Shown here one piece after another: positions 46,456 to 56,782 of a stretch of DNA of 62,054 bases (positions are counted from its first letter, which is position 1; every line of letters starts with the position of its first letter). Made by a program: the position numbers and the translations under genes. The stretch spans positions 1-62,054 of the forward strand of contig JBMFRX010000007.1 in the NCBI GenBank assembly GCA_049967855.1. The letters run 5' to 3'. The notes under the pieces are model-generated. The model saw only the letters and a list, made by a program, of their open reading frames with translations, was not told the DNA's origin and searched no databases. The DNA comes from Caldisericaceae bacterium. Lineage in GTDB: Bacteria > Caldisericota > Caldisericia > Caldisericales > Caldisericaceae.

Positions 46456-47891
46456 ACAGGGTTATTGAAAATGCGTTACTTGCTGCAAAGAGAGCAGGAG
46501 CATCTTATGTGGACGTGAGAGTAATAGAAAGAGAAATTGAAGACATATCCACAAAGAACGGCACTGTAGAAGGAATAAGCACTAGTTCCACAAAGGGTTT
46601 TGGCATAAGAGTGATCAAGGATGGTGCGTGGGGATTTTCTTCGTCTTTCAAGTTAACAGATGATGAGATTGAGAAAAGAGCCCAAGAGGCAGTCGAAATT
46701 GCTGAGGCTTCAAGCAGGACCAAGATAAACGATGCTTCGCTTGCAGATGTTGAGATTTTCCAGGATAAGGTTCCGCAGCCAGTTAAAGTTAATCCTTTTT
46801 CTGTACCCTTGACCAAGAAGATCGCTTTGCTTTCCGAAGCCGACAAACTAATGACCAAACAAGGTATCGTCGTGAGGCATGGTTCAATGCACTTCTCCAA
46901 AGAGTGGAAGACTTTTGCATCCTCTGAGGGAGCTTATATTGAGCAAGAAAGAGTTGTTTCAGGTAGCGGAATATCTGTAGTTTCTACTGACGGGAAAGAT
47001 GTTCAGACAAGGAGTTATCCTTCATCGTTTGGAGGTGATTTCTCAAGGAAAGGGTATGAGTTCATTGATGAAATTGACTTGCTTAGCAATGCGGAGAGGA
47101 TAAGTACTGAAGCGCTTGCATTGCTTAATGCAAAACCGTGTCCTAACGGCGTTATGGATATTATACTGGAAAGCTCTCAACTTGCCTTACAGATTCATGA
47201 GTCTGTTGGACACCCTACTGAGCTTGACAGGGTGCTTGGTGAAGAAGCTTCTTTTGCAGGAACTTCGTTTGCTACTCCCGAAAAACTCAACAACTTTCAA
47301 TATGGTTCTAAAGATGTGAATATAGTGGCAGATGCTACTGCTCCTTTTGCCCTTGGAGGTTTTGCATATGACGACGAAGGTGTAAAAGCGCGCAAAATAT
47401 ATCTTATAAAAGAGGGACTTTTCGTTGGATATCTCAATTCCCGAGAAACCGCAAAAATGATTGGGTTAGTTCCAATGGGGGCTATGAGAGCTGACGGATG
47501 GAACAGAATCCCTATCATTAGAATGACAAGTATTAACCTTGAGCCTGGCGATAAAACACTTGAAGAGCTAATCGGAGGAATTAGTCACGGGGTGCTTATG
47601 GCTACAAACAAGAGTTGGAGCATAGACCAGAAGAGATTGAACTTCCAATTTGGCACTGAGATTGGATGGGAAATAGTGAATGGTAAGCTGCAGGATTTGG
47701 TCAAAAATCCTACATATTCGGGTATTACATATGAGTTTTGGAGAAGTCTCGACGGCGTTGGAAATGATTCATATTATCATATCTGGGGATTGCCCAATTG
47801 TGGAAAAGGCGAGCCACAGCAAGTTATGGAAGTTAGTCATGGGGCTTCTTATGGAAGATTCAGGAATATTCAAGTGGGGGTGCTGAGATGA
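46452..47891 (+). CDS. tldD: TldD metalloprotease
   Basis: GFGIRV...G.WGF, HESVGH..E.D, DDEGV, P..RM, CGKG. Confidence 0.92.
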   Translation: MNRVIENALLAAKRAGASYVDVRVIEREIEDISTKNGTVEGISTSSTKGFGIRVIKDGAWGFSSSFKLTDDEIEKRAQEAVEIAEASSRTKINDASLADVEIFQDKVPQPVKVNPFSVPLTKKIALLSEADKLMTKQGIVVRHGSMHFSKEWKTFASSEGAYIEQERVVSGSGISVVSTDGKDVQTRSYPSSFGGDFSRKGYEFIDEIDLLSNAERISTEALALLNAKPCPNGVMDIILESSQLALQIHESVGHPTELDRVLGEEASFAGTSFATPEKLNNFQYGSKDVNIVADATAPFALGGFAYDDEGVKARKIYLIKEGLFVGYLNSRETAKMIGLVPMGAMRADGWNRIPIIRMTSINLEPGDKTLEELIGGISHGVLMATNKSWSIDQKRLNFQFGTEIGWEIVNGKLQDLVKNPTYSGITYEFWRSLDGVGNDSYYHIWGLPNCGKGEPQQVMEVSHGASYGRFRNIQVGVLR

Positions 47892-49219
47892 TGACACATG
47901 AGCAGATTGAAGATATTTTGAATAGGGTTATTTCTTTAAGCAGAGCAAATCAGGTTGAAGCTCTTCTGATGGGTGGAGATTCGTATCTTACTGGCTTTGC
48001 TAACAATTATATTCACAGAAACGTTGGTGAATCCAACTATACACTCAGTGTTAGAGTTGCTTTTGGAAGAAAGTTGGGACAGGCATCAACTTCTGAATTT
48101 TCTGATGAAGCATTGGCTTCTGTTGTAAAGAAAGCCGAACAGACAGCCGAGTTTCAAGTTGAAAACCCTAATTTCATTTCTTTTGCAAAACCTGAGGAAG
48201 GGACGATATCTCTTTCAGCGATTGTTGACGAGAAAATTTCGCCTCTCCTTAGAGCAGACTACGTTAAGAAGATCGTTGAAAAAACAAAAAGTCTTGGCCT
48301 TAACGGAAATGGCAAGTTTGAAACAGGGACAATGCAAATCGGGGTTAAAAATTCCCTGGGAGTTGAAAGGTTCTTTGAGAATTCACAGGCAACTCTTAAA
48401 AGCGTAGTTCTGGGAGAAAACTCGTCAGGATATTCTGTGGAAACTGCAAAGAGCGTCAAAGAACTGCATCTTGAAGAAATAATAGATGAAAGTGTAAGTA
48501 TTGCCGAGAGAGGAAGAAACCCTCAGGATATTGAGCCAGGTAAGTATGAGGTTATACTTACTCCTTATGCTCTTGCAGAATTTATGAGCCATATGGCTTA
48601 CCTTACCCTGAACGAGAGAGCCGTGGAAGATGGTACAAGTTTTATGGGTGAAAATCTTGGCAAGAAAGTGCTTGGAGATAATATTAATATTTATGATGAC
48701 GGTTTTTCTCCAAAAACGATGCACCTTCCTTTTGATTTTGAAGGAGTCCCGAAAAAGAAAGTCGTTTTCTTTGAAAATGGATATGCAAAAGAAGTAGTTT
48801 ATGACACTTTATTTGCGTATAAAAAGGGCCTCGATTCGACAGGTCATTCACTTCCGCAACCAAGTTCATACAGCCCCTATCCTATGAATATCGTAATGGA
48901 AGGTGGGGATTCAACAAAAGAGGAGATGATTGAGCACGTTGAGAGAGGCTTATACGTTCAAAGATTCTGGTACACTAACCCGATGGACCCAAGGAGACTT
49001 ATTATTACAGGAATGACACGCGACGGACTTTTCCTCATTGAACATGGTAAAATTACCAAACCCGTTAAGAATATGAGATTTACAGAAAGCATAATTACAG
49101 CTCTAAATAACTGTGTGGAATTGAGTAAAGAATACAAATTGATATATGATATGTCAGCGATGACAGTGCCATTTGCAAGAATAAAGGACTTTACTTTTAC
49201 AAGTGGAACTAATTTTTAG
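47888..49219 (+). CDS. pmbA: TldE/PmbA non-catalytic partner
   Basis: FANN.I, PG.Y.VIL.P, FD.EG.P, TGH; no HExxH; follows tldD. Confidence 0.85.
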   Translation: MMTHEQIEDILNRVISLSRANQVEALLMGGDSYLTGFANNYIHRNVGESNYTLSVRVAFGRKLGQASTSEFSDEALASVVKKAEQTAEFQVENPNFISFAKPEEGTISLSAIVDEKISPLLRADYVKKIVEKTKSLGLNGNGKFETGTMQIGVKNSLGVERFFENSQATLKSVVLGENSSGYSVETAKSVKELHLEEIIDESVSIAERGRNPQDIEPGKYEVILTPYALAEFMSHMAYLTLNERAVEDGTSFMGENLGKKVLGDNINIYDDGFSPKTMHLPFDFEGVPKKKVVFFENGYAKEVVYDTLFAYKKGLDSTGHSLPQPSSYSPYPMNIVMEGGDSTKEEMIEHVERGLYVQRFWYTNPMDPRRLIITGMTRDGLFLIEHGKITKPVKNMRFTESIITALNNCVELSKEYKLIYDMSAMTVPFARIKDFTFTSGTNF

Positions 49220-49228
49220 GAGGTAAGA

Positions 49229-50254
49229 ATGAAGAGATTCGGAATTATTTGTGATGGTGGAGATGCCCCTGGAATCAATGCAGTAATAAGAGCAGTATCA
49301 AGAGCTGCGTTTGAAAAAGGGCACGAAGTCTTTGGATTTGTCGATGGCTTTGAAGGTTTGATTAAGAATGACGTAAAGATTGTTACCAAGCAGACAGTTT
49401 CAGGCATCCTCAATCAGGGAGGCTCTGTTCTTGGAATTTCAAGAGTGAATCCATTCGGCGACCCAAAGCATATAGGGAGTATAAAGGAGAATTTTAAGAG
49501 GAATTCTTTGACTTTGCTTATACTCATAGGAGACCGTGATACTGTCGTAATTGCCAAGAAACTTTCAGAAGAAGGAATTCCTTCTTTGGTTATTCCAAAA
49601 ACCATTGACAATGACGTTTACGGAACTGATTTTACAATAGGGTTTGACACAGCTGTTAGCACCATAAGTGCAGCTTTGGATAGCCTTCATGCTACAGCCT
49701 CGACACATCACAGGCTTATGGTAGTTGAAACTATGGGCAGAGAAACAGGCTGGCTTGCGCTTTTTGGAGGCATAGCTGGAGGAGCTGATTACATTGTTAT
49801 TCCTGAAGTGCCATACGAACTAAGTGAAATAGCAGCCCATATTGAAAAGAGGCGAAATGAAGGGAAGAATTTCAGCATAATAGTTGTTGCCGAGGGAACC
49901 AAACTTCCTGCAGAGATTGAAAGCAAAATTGAAAAAGATGAATTTGGACACCCAGTAAGCGGCAAAAGAATGATTGGCTACTATATGGCCTCAGAGTTGG
50001 AAAAACTTACCAACATCAAGGCAAGAACAACTGTGCTTGGATATACACAGAGAGGCGGTGTACCAACAACTACTGACAGGATACTTGCAATAAGGCTTGG
50101 AGTCCAAGCTGTGGATTTAGCCAACAAAGGCGTATTTAACGGTGTTGTTGGAATAAAAGGTTCCGAGATTATTTTTACTCCTCTTGAAGAATCTGCTAGT
50201 AGAGTTCATATGGCGGATACTGAATACCTCTCGCTTGCAAAAATATTCTTCTAA
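49229..50254 (+). CDS. pfkA: 6-phosphofructokinase family protein with an atypical GDRDT motif
   Basis: GGDAPGINA, PKTIDND, GFDTA, ETMGR, VAEG, LGYTQRGG. Confidence 0.85.
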   Translation: MKRFGIICDGGDAPGINAVIRAVSRAAFEKGHEVFGFVDGFEGLIKNDVKIVTKQTVSGILNQGGSVLGISRVNPFGDPKHIGSIKENFKRNSLTLLILIGDRDTVVIAKKLSEEGIPSLVIPKTIDNDVYGTDFTIGFDTAVSTISAALDSLHATASTHHRLMVVETMGRETGWLALFGGIAGGADYIVIPEVPYELSEIAAHIEKRRNEGKNFSIIVVAEGTKLPAEIESKIEKDEFGHPVSGKRMIGYYMASELEKLTNIKARTTVLGYTQRGGVPTTTDRILAIRLGVQAVDLANKGVFNGVVGIKGSEIIFTPLEESASRVHMADTEYLSLAKIFF

Positions 50255-50290
50255 TGACGACTGAAACAGTGTGCTTGAGGAGAATTAAGA

Positions 50291-50926
50291 ATGCTTGAAG
50301 GTAGCCTCAAAGATTTCTCGCTTGACGACCTGCTACAGATGGTTTCTCTGGGAGAAAAAACTGGTGAACTAATCCTTGAAGGCGACACTCCGTTTGGCAA
50401 AAAAACTGGCAAAATCTACTTTGATAAAGGCGAAGTAAAAGATTCAGAAACAGAAGAATCTCGAGGCGAAGTAGCAATTTTGGAATTGCTGAACATAAAA
50501 GAGGGGTCTTTTAAGTTTGTTCCCTCTGATGTCAGCAGCGTAAAACGCTCTATTAATCATTCTATTCCAGACCTTGTGCTTCTTTCCACTTCAAAGCTTG
50601 ATGAATGGAATAAGGTTAAAGCCCGTGTACCTTCTGTTGACGTTGTTTTCAAGCTATCTACCGAAGGCATTCCTGATGAGATTCACCTTTCCCCAACAGA
50701 TTGGAAAGTTATGACGGTTCTAGGACAGGGTAAAACAATAAGAGAGGCTTCATTAAATCTTAATATGACTGTTTTTGATGTTGCAAAAGTTGCCTATGGG
50801 CTTGTCGCTCTTAAAATTCTTAGGGAAATTGGCGTAAAATCACCGGATGGCGACAAGTTTTTGAGAAAGAAAGGAGCTCCAAGAAATTTTATTGCAAGGC
50901 TCATTGAGAGGCTGAGACGATCATGA
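50291..50926 (+). CDS. DUF4388 (PatA-N) protein with a C-terminal winged-helix-like region
   Basis: LEGSL.DFSL.DLLQM.....KTG.L, G.IYF..G.V, G.F.F; W.V....GKT..E. Confidence 0.8.
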   Translation: MLEGSLKDFSLDDLLQMVSLGEKTGELILEGDTPFGKKTGKIYFDKGEVKDSETEESRGEVAILELLNIKEGSFKFVPSDVSSVKRSINHSIPDLVLLSTSKLDEWNKVKARVPSVDVVFKLSTEGIPDEIHLSPTDWKVMTVLGQGKTIREASLNLNMTVFDVAKVAYGLVALKILREIGVKSPDGDKFLRKKGAPRNFIARLIERLRRS

Positions 50927-51465
50927 GGCACTATAAAATTGTTGTTACTGGTCCCTTTGCAGCTGGGAAAACGACTTTCATTAACACAGTAACGGAAATT
51001 GCCCCCATTAAAACTGAGGCGAAAACAACTGCAAATGATGAATCTGGAGTAAAGGATTCAACAACTGTTGCTATGGATTTTGGACGAATTGCAATAGATT
51101 CCGAAAATGTGCTCCATATTTTTGGCACCCCTGGCCAGTTCAGGTTTAACTATATGTGGAGTATTCTTTCAAACGATGCCATCGGAGTTATACTTATTGT
51201 CGATTCGGGTGACTCACAAGCTTTTGATGACGCTAAAGATATGCTCAACTTTTTCAGGGTCAAAACCGATGCTCCTCTCGTTGTCGCACTGAATCATTTT
51301 AAGGAGAAGGCACATACGGAAGAAGACGAATTAAGAAAGATAATGAACATCCCTTCAAAGATTCCTGTGCTTGATTGTGATGCGACAAGCAAAGAAAGCG
51401 TAAAGGAGGTTTTGCTCTCGCTCTTAGATTTAATCATATCACGAGGAGAAGCTTTTGAGGATTAA
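50923..51465 (+). CDS. MglA/CvnD-like small Ras-family GTPase
   Basis: KIVVTGPFAAGKTT, TTVAMDFG, FGTPGQ.RF..MW, VA.N.F, CDA. Confidence 0.88.
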   Translation: MRHYKIVVTGPFAAGKTTFINTVTEIAPIKTEAKTTANDESGVKDSTTVAMDFGRIAIDSENVLHIFGTPGQFRFNYMWSILSNDAIGVILIVDSGDSQAFDDAKDMLNFFRVKTDAPLVVALNHFKEKAHTEEDELRKIMNIPSKIPVLDCDATSKESVKEVLLSLLDLIISRGEAFED

Positions 51466-51587
51466 CAACTACTGGAAAACTCGGTTTGATGTATTGTTTC
51501 CTAACGAGCTTGAATTATTTGTTTTTTGTTTATAATATTAGTATGCAATCCCTTGTATAAGGGAAATTTGAAAGGAGGCAACAAAAA

Positions 51588-52742
51588 ATGAAAAAAATTC
51601 TGGTCCTGTTACTTGTGTTAGGACTGAGTGTGTCTGTTCTTGCTGGATGCACTCCAAAACAGGCAACTGTTACGAAGATTAAAATTGGTCTTGTGACAGA
51701 TGTTGGTGGAAGAGGTGATAGGTCTTTCAATGACTCAGCTCTTCGTGGACTTGAAACATGGGCAGCAAAAGTTAGCTACGTTCAAGGCGGAGGATATGCG
51801 ACTCTGTCTGATGCTGACTATGCAGCTTCTATCCCAGACGACCTAAAAGACAAAGGCATTACCCCACTCAATGTTGAGCCAGTTGTTCTTGAATCAAAGG
51901 CAAAAGAAGATTACATTCCCAACATTCAAAACCTTGTTGAACAACAGAAATGCGATCTTGTAATCGGTGTTGGTTTCATGCTTGCTGGAGCTATTGGTGA
52001 ATCTGCACAGAAATATCCAAACACCAAATTTATGCTTATTGACTCAACTCCTGTGGATGCTAACGGAAAGGATATCAGCCCATCCAATGTTGCCTCATAT
52101 CTCTTTAAAGAGAATGAGTGCGGCTATCTTGTTGGAGCAATTGCAGGTTATGCAACTAAGTCTAATAAAGTTGGTTACATTGGCGGAATGGCTATACCCC
52201 CAGTGCTTCGTTATGAGGCAGGCTACAAAGCAGGAGTCAAAACAACCAATCCAAAAGCAACCGTCATTGGCCAGTACACAAACAGCTTCACCGACCCATC
52301 TCTTGGAAAGAGTGCTGCTGATTCTCAGATTACGCTTGGCGCAGATGTTTTATTCCATGCCGCTGGAGCAACTGGTAATGGAATGTTCCAGGCAATTTGT
52401 GAAAAGGGTGCCCCTTATTGGGGAATTGGCGTTGATGTCGATATGGGACTTGACCCAAATCTTTGCCCAGACAGAACCCTTACTTCGGCAATAAAGCATG
52501 TCGACCTTGCAACATATGATGCAATTAAATCAGTTGTTAACGGAACTTTTACAGGCGGAGTCATCACCCTTTCACTTAAGGACGGCGGTGTTGGCTATGC
52601 ACCAGATCACGTTAAAGATGTATTGTCAGCTGACCAGATTGCAAAAATTGAGAATTTGAGAAAGATGATAATTGATGGGACGATTACCGTTCCAGAAGAT
52701 CCTAATGCAGTTGCCAGTTGGACTGCACCTACTTCTTTCTAA
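51588..52742 (+). CDS. BMP-family nucleoside ABC substrate-binding lipoprotein
   Basis: Lipobox LAGC; VTDVGG.GD.SFN, GVGF, IGG, AAG.TG.G, IGVDVD, LTSA.K. Confidence 0.92.
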   Translation: MKKILVLLLVLGLSVSVLAGCTPKQATVTKIKIGLVTDVGGRGDRSFNDSALRGLETWAAKVSYVQGGGYATLSDADYAASIPDDLKDKGITPLNVEPVVLESKAKEDYIPNIQNLVEQQKCDLVIGVGFMLAGAIGESAQKYPNTKFMLIDSTPVDANGKDISPSNVASYLFKENECGYLVGAIAGYATKSNKVGYIGGMAIPPVLRYEAGYKAGVKTTNPKATVIGQYTNSFTDPSLGKSAADSQITLGADVLFHAAGATGNGMFQAICEKGAPYWGIGVDVDMGLDPNLCPDRTLTSAIKHVDLATYDAIKSVVNGTFTGGVITLSLKDGGVGYAPDHVKDVLSADQIAKIENLRKMIIDGTITVPEDPNAVASWTAPTSF

Positions 52743-52759
52743 TAGACTGAACTAATTTA

Positions 52760-52787
52760 GGGTGGGGATGCCCCCACCCCTTTTTTT
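52760..52787 (+). terminator. Hairpin plus poly-T between the SBP and ATPase genes (partial terminator or mRNA stabiliser)
   Basis: GGGTGGGG-ATGC-CCCCACCC followed by T7. Confidence 0.75.
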
Positions 52788-52802
52788 GTATTGGAGGCAA
52801 TC

Positions 52803-54326
52803 ATGGAAGCACTTTCTGTGAAGAGCATTGTTAAGAGGTTTCCAAACGTACTTGCTAATGATAACGTATCCCTTTCGATTAATAAGGGGGAAATTTTTGC
52901 GATAGTTGGTGAGAATGGTGCTGGCAAGTCAACGCTTATGAAAATTGTATATGGTCTTTATACACCTAACTCAGGAGAAATATATGTTTTTGGCAAGAAA
53001 GAAGATATAAAAACGTCTCATGATGCAATCAGACTGAAAATAGGGATGGTTCACCAGGAATTTATGCTGATACCTCGTTTTACTGTTACTGAGAATATTG
53101 TACTTGGAGATGAGCCAAGAAAGGGAATCGTGTTTGATTACAAAAGAGCAGTCCAGGAGGTAAAAGAGCTTTCCGAGAAGTTTGGTCTAAAAATAAGTCC
53201 AACAGAAAAGGTGGAGAATCTTTCAGTAGGAATCCAGCAGAGAGTAGAGATTTTAAAAATCCTGAGAAGAGGAGCTGAAATTCTAATACTCGATGAGCCC
53301 ACCGCAGTACTAACTCCTCAGGAGACAGAAGACCTGTTTAAAACTCTCAGGTCATTGAAGCAAAATGGCAAAACAATAATTTTTATTTCGCATAAGCTTG
53401 GCGAAGTTATGGAAATAGCAGATAGAGTTGCTGTTATGAGAAGGGGCAGAGTTCAGGGCGTTGTGGATAAAAAGGATACAAACGAACGTGAACTTGCCAA
53501 AATGATGGTAGGCCGAGATGTAGTTCTTGAAATTCCTGAAGTAAAAGTGGAGAAGGGAGATGTTGTATTTCAGGTATCATCGCTTAGCGTGAAAAACGTC
53601 AGGGGGATAACAGCGCTAAAAAATGTTTCATTTGACGTCAGATCTGGCGAAATTGTTGGTATAGCAGGCGTGGAAGGAAACGGTCAAGCAGAGCTTGTAA
53701 ATGCGGTACTTGGTTTTTTGAAGCCAGTCAACGGTAAAATCTATATGGGTAAGGAAGAAATGAGAGTTGTAACTCCTTATAATATGCGGACAAGGGGTAT
53801 GTCCTATATAACTGAGGACAGGAAAAGAAGAGGTCTTGTTCTACCGTTTAAAGCAAGAGAGAACATCATTATGGGGCAGCATACGCTTTACCCATTTTCA
53901 AATAAAGGAGTTCTAAATGATGGTGCTATTGACGAGTTTGTTACCAAGAAACTTGAGGAGTTTGATGTGAGGCCTCCAAATGGTTACATCAAGGCTGAGA
54001 GTTTTTCTGGCGGCAATCAACAGAAACTCATACTTGCAAGAGAAATGTCAATGAAGCACAATTTCTTATTAGCGTCCCAACCTACAAGAGGACTTGATGT
54101 AGGGGCTACTGAATTTGTTTACAAAATGCTTATCGAAGAGAAGAAGAAAGGAATCGGGATTTTATTAATTTCCCTTGAACTTTCTGAAATAATGGGGCTT
54201 TCAGACAGAATACTTGTTCTTTATGGTGGGGAAATTGTCGGAGAGGTAACTCCACAGGAAACAACTGAGGAGGAGCTTGGCTTGATGATGCTTGGTCTAA
54301 AGCGTAAGGAGAGGGCTGTGCAATGA
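52803..54326 (+). CDS. Nucleoside/sugar ABC transporter ATPase (two ABC domains)
   Basis: GENGAGKSTL, LSVG.QQRVEI, LDEPT, SGGNQQK, QPTRGLDV. Start ATG 52803 after GGAGG. Confidence 0.93.
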   Translation: MEALSVKSIVKRFPNVLANDNVSLSINKGEIFAIVGENGAGKSTLMKIVYGLYTPNSGEIYVFGKKEDIKTSHDAIRLKIGMVHQEFMLIPRFTVTENIVLGDEPRKGIVFDYKRAVQEVKELSEKFGLKISPTEKVENLSVGIQQRVEILKILRRGAEILILDEPTAVLTPQETEDLFKTLRSLKQNGKTIIFISHKLGEVMEIADRVAVMRRGRVQGVVDKKDTNERELAKMMVGRDVVLEIPEVKVEKGDVVFQVSSLSVKNVRGITALKNVSFDVRSGEIVGIAGVEGNGQAELVNAVLGFLKPVNGKIYMGKEEMRVVTPYNMRTRGMSYITEDRKRRGLVLPFKARENIIMGQHTLYPFSNKGVLNDGAIDEFVTKKLEEFDVRPPNGYIKAESFSGGNQQKLILAREMSMKHNFLLASQPTRGLDVGATEFVYKMLIEEKKKGIGILLISLELSEIMGLSDRILVLYGGEIVGEVTPQETTEEELGLMMLGLKRKERAVQ

Positions 54327-55465
54327 AAGATATATTCTATAAGCTGTTTGTTGAGAGGAGAGAAAAATACTGGTGGATGAACTTGCTTGTTCCGCTGACC
54401 TCCATTTTTGTGGCTTTGATAGTTGGAGCTATTTTCATCTGGTCTACGGGCAGAAATCCGTTTCTTGCTTATAAACTTCTTTTTGGTGCCTCAGGGTTAA
54501 TCCCTGGTCCCTATTGGAGAAGCAGTTTTGCAGAAATGCTACTGTCTTCTTCGATGTTTATAGCAACAGGGCTTTCTTTTGCGTTTGCAGCACGGGCAGG
54601 CCTTTTCAGTATCGGTGCTGAAGGTCAGTTTATAGTCGGTGCAATAACAGCGGCCTATTTTGGATATGCCAAACCTTTTGCAGCTTTGCCAACTATCATA
54701 CACTTACCAATTATTCTCATTGCGGTAGCTATTGCAGGAGGGCTTTGGGGTCTTATTGCCGGTTACCTCAGGGCAAAACGTGGAATAAACGAAGTTATTG
54801 TAACCATAATGTTGAACTGGATTGCATTCCACTTGATAGAAGGGTGGCTTGTAACGGGCCCTATGGCTGCACAGGTGTCCACGGGAGTTTCAGGCACTCC
54901 TTATGTCTCACCCACTGCAAAACTCCCAATAATTCTTGCAAATACAAGGCTCAATATAGGAATTCTCATTATGCTTGCCGTGGTAATTCTTGTATGGTTT
55001 GTTCTGTACAGAACGACTTTCGGTTTTGAAGTTCGAGCAATGGGACATACAGCTGTTTGGGGGATGGAAGCTCCACGTGTGCAAGGAATAAACATTAGCA
55101 AGAGGATTATGCAGGTAATGTTCATATCTGGTGCAATTGCAGCGCTTGGAGGCTCATTTATTGTTTTGGGCATTCTTTTCCAGTATCCTCCTGTTTTTGA
55201 AGGAGGATACGGCTTTGACGGAATTGCAGTTGCATTAATAGGTCAGAACGAGCCTTTTGGAATTCTTCTTTCAGGTATTCTAATCGGAGCATTAAGAACA
55301 GGGGCAACCGCGGTTCAAATAGCGCACGTACCAAAGACATTTCCTTCGATAATTGAAGGCTTAATTGTTGCTTTCATTGCTCTTCAGGAACTTATAAGAT
55401 ACCTTCTTTTTAAGCTCGTGAGAGGAAAGAAATCTTCCGAAGTACAAGGAGGGAATCCAGTATGA
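54323..55465 (+). CDS. Nucleoside ABC permease
   Basis: GLF.IG.EGQ, NEVI.TIMLN, GFDGIAVAL.G...P. Confidence 0.9.
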   Translation: MKDIFYKLFVERREKYWWMNLLVPLTSIFVALIVGAIFIWSTGRNPFLAYKLLFGASGLIPGPYWRSSFAEMLLSSSMFIATGLSFAFAARAGLFSIGAEGQFIVGAITAAYFGYAKPFAALPTIIHLPIILIAVAIAGGLWGLIAGYLRAKRGINEVIVTIMLNWIAFHLIEGWLVTGPMAAQVSTGVSGTPYVSPTAKLPIILANTRLNIGILIMLAVVILVWFVLYRTTFGFEVRAMGHTAVWGMEAPRVQGINISKRIMQVMFISGAIAALGGSFIVLGILFQYPPVFEGGYGFDGIAVALIGQNEPFGILLSGILIGALRTGATAVQIAHVPKTFPSIIEGLIVAFIALQELIRYLLFKLVRGKKSSEVQGGNPV

Positions 55466-56403
55466 ACATACTCAATCAGTCTTTAGCTCAGATGCTTGAT
55501 TTTGCTGCACCTATATTGTTTGCAGCACTTGGTGGAGTCATCACAGAAAATGGAGGGGTAGTCAACATTGCCCTAGATGGTATTATGCGTTTTGCGGCGT
55601 TTTTTGCGGTTTGGGGTTCTTTTGTGAGCAAAAGCCCCTGGGTTGGATTACTCTGGGGCCTTGGTATAGGAGTTGCTGTTGGTGCCTTCCATGCTTACAT
55701 CACTGTTAAGTGGGCTGGGGACCAAATTGTCTCAGGTGTTGCTATAAACGTCGTTGCGGTTGGTATCATTACTTACTTCCTTGAGTTAATTTTCAAGACA
55801 ACAGGTTATTCTCCATCTGTTGCATATTTTGGTTCTGCTGCAAATAGAATCAACCTTCCGTTCCTCACGAAAATTCCCTTACTTGGAGCGTTTGATAATC
55901 TCACAATTTTTGTCTGGCTTTCTTTGATTTTGGTTTTTGGTCTTCATTTTATGTTGTATCACACTGTAATTGGTTTGCGAATAAGGTCTGTTGGAGAAAA
56001 TCCGATAGCTGCGGAGACTCTTGGAATAGACGTACTCAAGACAAAATGGTTGTCAACTATTCTTGGAGCTGTTTTTGCTGCTATTGGAGGAATGGCTCTT
56101 TCAATAGGAAGCCTGTCTTCGTTTACAAATGCAATGCCTGCAGGCAAAGGATTTATTGCCCTTGCCGCTATGATATTTGGAAGATGGACTCCTTTCGGGG
56201 CTATGTGGGCATCATTCTTGTTTGCTTTTGCACAGGTTCTGCAGTTTATCCTGCAAGCGACTGCAAAAGGAATAGCTTCAGAAATTCCTGTAGGATTTTA
56301 TCTTGCGCTTCCGTATTTCCTCACTATCGGAGCACTCATTGGTGTTGTTGGAAAAGCTGTAGGCCCAGCAGCAGATGGTGTGCCTTACAAGAAGGAGAGT
56401 TAG
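55462..56403 (+). CDS. Nucleoside ABC permease
   Basis: P..FAALGG...[46 protein letters not shown]. Confidence 0.9.
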   Translation: MNILNQSLAQMLDFAAPILFAALGGVITENGGVVNIALDGIMRFAAFFAVWGSFVSKSPWVGLLWGLGIGVAVGAFHAYITVKWAGDQIVSGVAINVVAVGIITYFLELIFKTTGYSPSVAYFGSAANRINLPFLTKIPLLGAFDNLTIFVWLSLILVFGLHFMLYHTVIGLRIRSVGENPIAAETLGIDVLKTKWLSTILGAVFAAIGGMALSIGSLSSFTNAMPAGKGFIALAAMIFGRWTPFGAMWASFLFAFAQVLQFILQATAKGIASEIPVGFYLALPYFLTIGALIGVVGKAVGPAADGVPYKKES

Positions 56404-56407
56404 TGGT

Positions 56408-56734
56408 ATGCTAGTTACAACAACTCCTAATTTCGAGGGCAAAAAGATTGTTCGTTATGTTGGAGTTGTTACTGGCGAGGTGATTGTTGGGGCTAATTTT
56501 TTAAAAGATATGGCGGCAGGTCTTACTGATTTTTTTGGAGGGCGTGCCTCTCTTTATGAGGATGAGCTTGTTAAAGCGAAGGACGCGGCACTTCAGGAAA
56601 TGGAGCAGAGAGCAATGCAGCTCGGCGCTAATGCAATAGTGGGAGTGGACCTTGACTATGAAACAGTTGGTTCTAATGGGAGCATGCTTATGGTTGCAGC
56701 GTCTGGAACTGCCGTTGTGATAGAATACGAATAA
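56408..56734 (+). CDS. YbjQ (UPF0145) family protein
   Basis: TTT...G..I..Y.G.V.GE...GAN..D..A...D..GGR...YE, GANAIVG...DYE, V.A.GTAV. Start ATG 56408. Confidence 0.92.
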   Translation: MLVTTTPNFEGKKIVRYVGVVTGEVIVGANFLKDMAAGLTDFFGGRASLYEDELVKAKDAALQEMEQRAMQLGANAIVGVDLDYETVGSNGSMLMVAASGTAVVIEYE

Positions 56735-56756
56735 TAACTGTTGTGATGTTTTTATG

Positions 56757-56779
56757 GAGGGGGACATTTGTCCCCCCTC
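56757..56779. terminator. Hairpin between convergent genes
   Basis: GGGGGACA-TT-TGTCCCCC. Confidence 0.7.
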
Positions 56780-56782
56780 AAT

